A stretch of 64,000 bases of DNA from Sphyrna mokarran (Eukaryota), in the NCBI GenBank assembly GCA_024679065.1, contig JAGIQG010000040.1, positions 4,154,001 to 4,218,000 of the forward strand, in the 5' to 3' direction. The translations under genes were made by a program, and so were the position numbers. This document shows positions 63,561 to 64,000 of this stretch, piece after piece. Under the pieces are notes generated by a model. That model was not told the DNA's origin, searched no databases, and saw only the letters and a list, made by a program, of their open reading frames with translations. Position 1 is the stretch's first letter. The number at the start of each line of letters is the position of its first letter.

Positions 63561-64000
63561 CCCAAGACCCAGAGAACTACAAAAGGTCGTGAATGGAGCC
63601 TAATCCATCAGCAAATCAGTCTCCCATCCATTGACTCTGCTACACCTCCCGCTGCCTCGGCAAAGCGACCAGCATAATTAAGGACCTCGTGTACCCTGGA
63701 CGTTCTCTCTTCCACCTTCTTCATTCGGGAAAAAGATACAAAAGTATGAAGTCACGTACCAACTAAGAACAGCTTCTTCCTTGCTACTAACTGACTTTTG
63801 AATGGACTTACCTCGCATTAAGTTGATCTTTCTCTACACTGTAGCTATGACTGTAACACTATATTCTGCAGTCTCTCGTTTCCTTCTCTATGAATGGTAT
63901 GTTTTGTCTTATAGTGTGACAATAATAAATCAAATCAAAACAAAATCAGTGAGGGTGAGTGTCTTGGCTCCAGGAAGAAATGATCAAATGGGCAGATTCA

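Overview
Vertebrate genomic DNA, almost certainly from a cartilaginous fish (shark-type). About 1-30.3 kb is an immunoglobulin heavy-chain cluster in germline, unrearranged form: leader, VH, D1, D2, JH with 23/12-22/12-12/23 RSSs, a 10-kb J-C intron, four C-mu exons with a secretory tailpiece, and TM1/TM2 exons. This is a complete IgM minilocus. Upstream lies a decayed, leaderless VH pseudogene with a duplicated 5' flank. About 34-60 kb is a cluster of C2H2 zinc-finger genes with no recognisable effector domain (six ORFs of 6-14 fingers plus remnants), CpG-island promoters and a 75-bp VNTR. SINEs and CR1-like LINE fragments are scattered throughout. The most unusual observation is two paralogous head-to-head ZNF pairs that share a CCAAT/GC-box promoter core bounded by ~110-150-bp inverted repeats, with the core in opposite orientation relative to the flanking genes in the two copies (a flipped promoter cassette). 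Also notable: a G-rich AGCT-containing tract at the position where tetrapods have S-mu, a weakened membrane-form splice donor in C-mu4, and an in-frame conserved peptide behind the ZNF stop codons. All alignments were done by eye and repeat boundaries are approximate.
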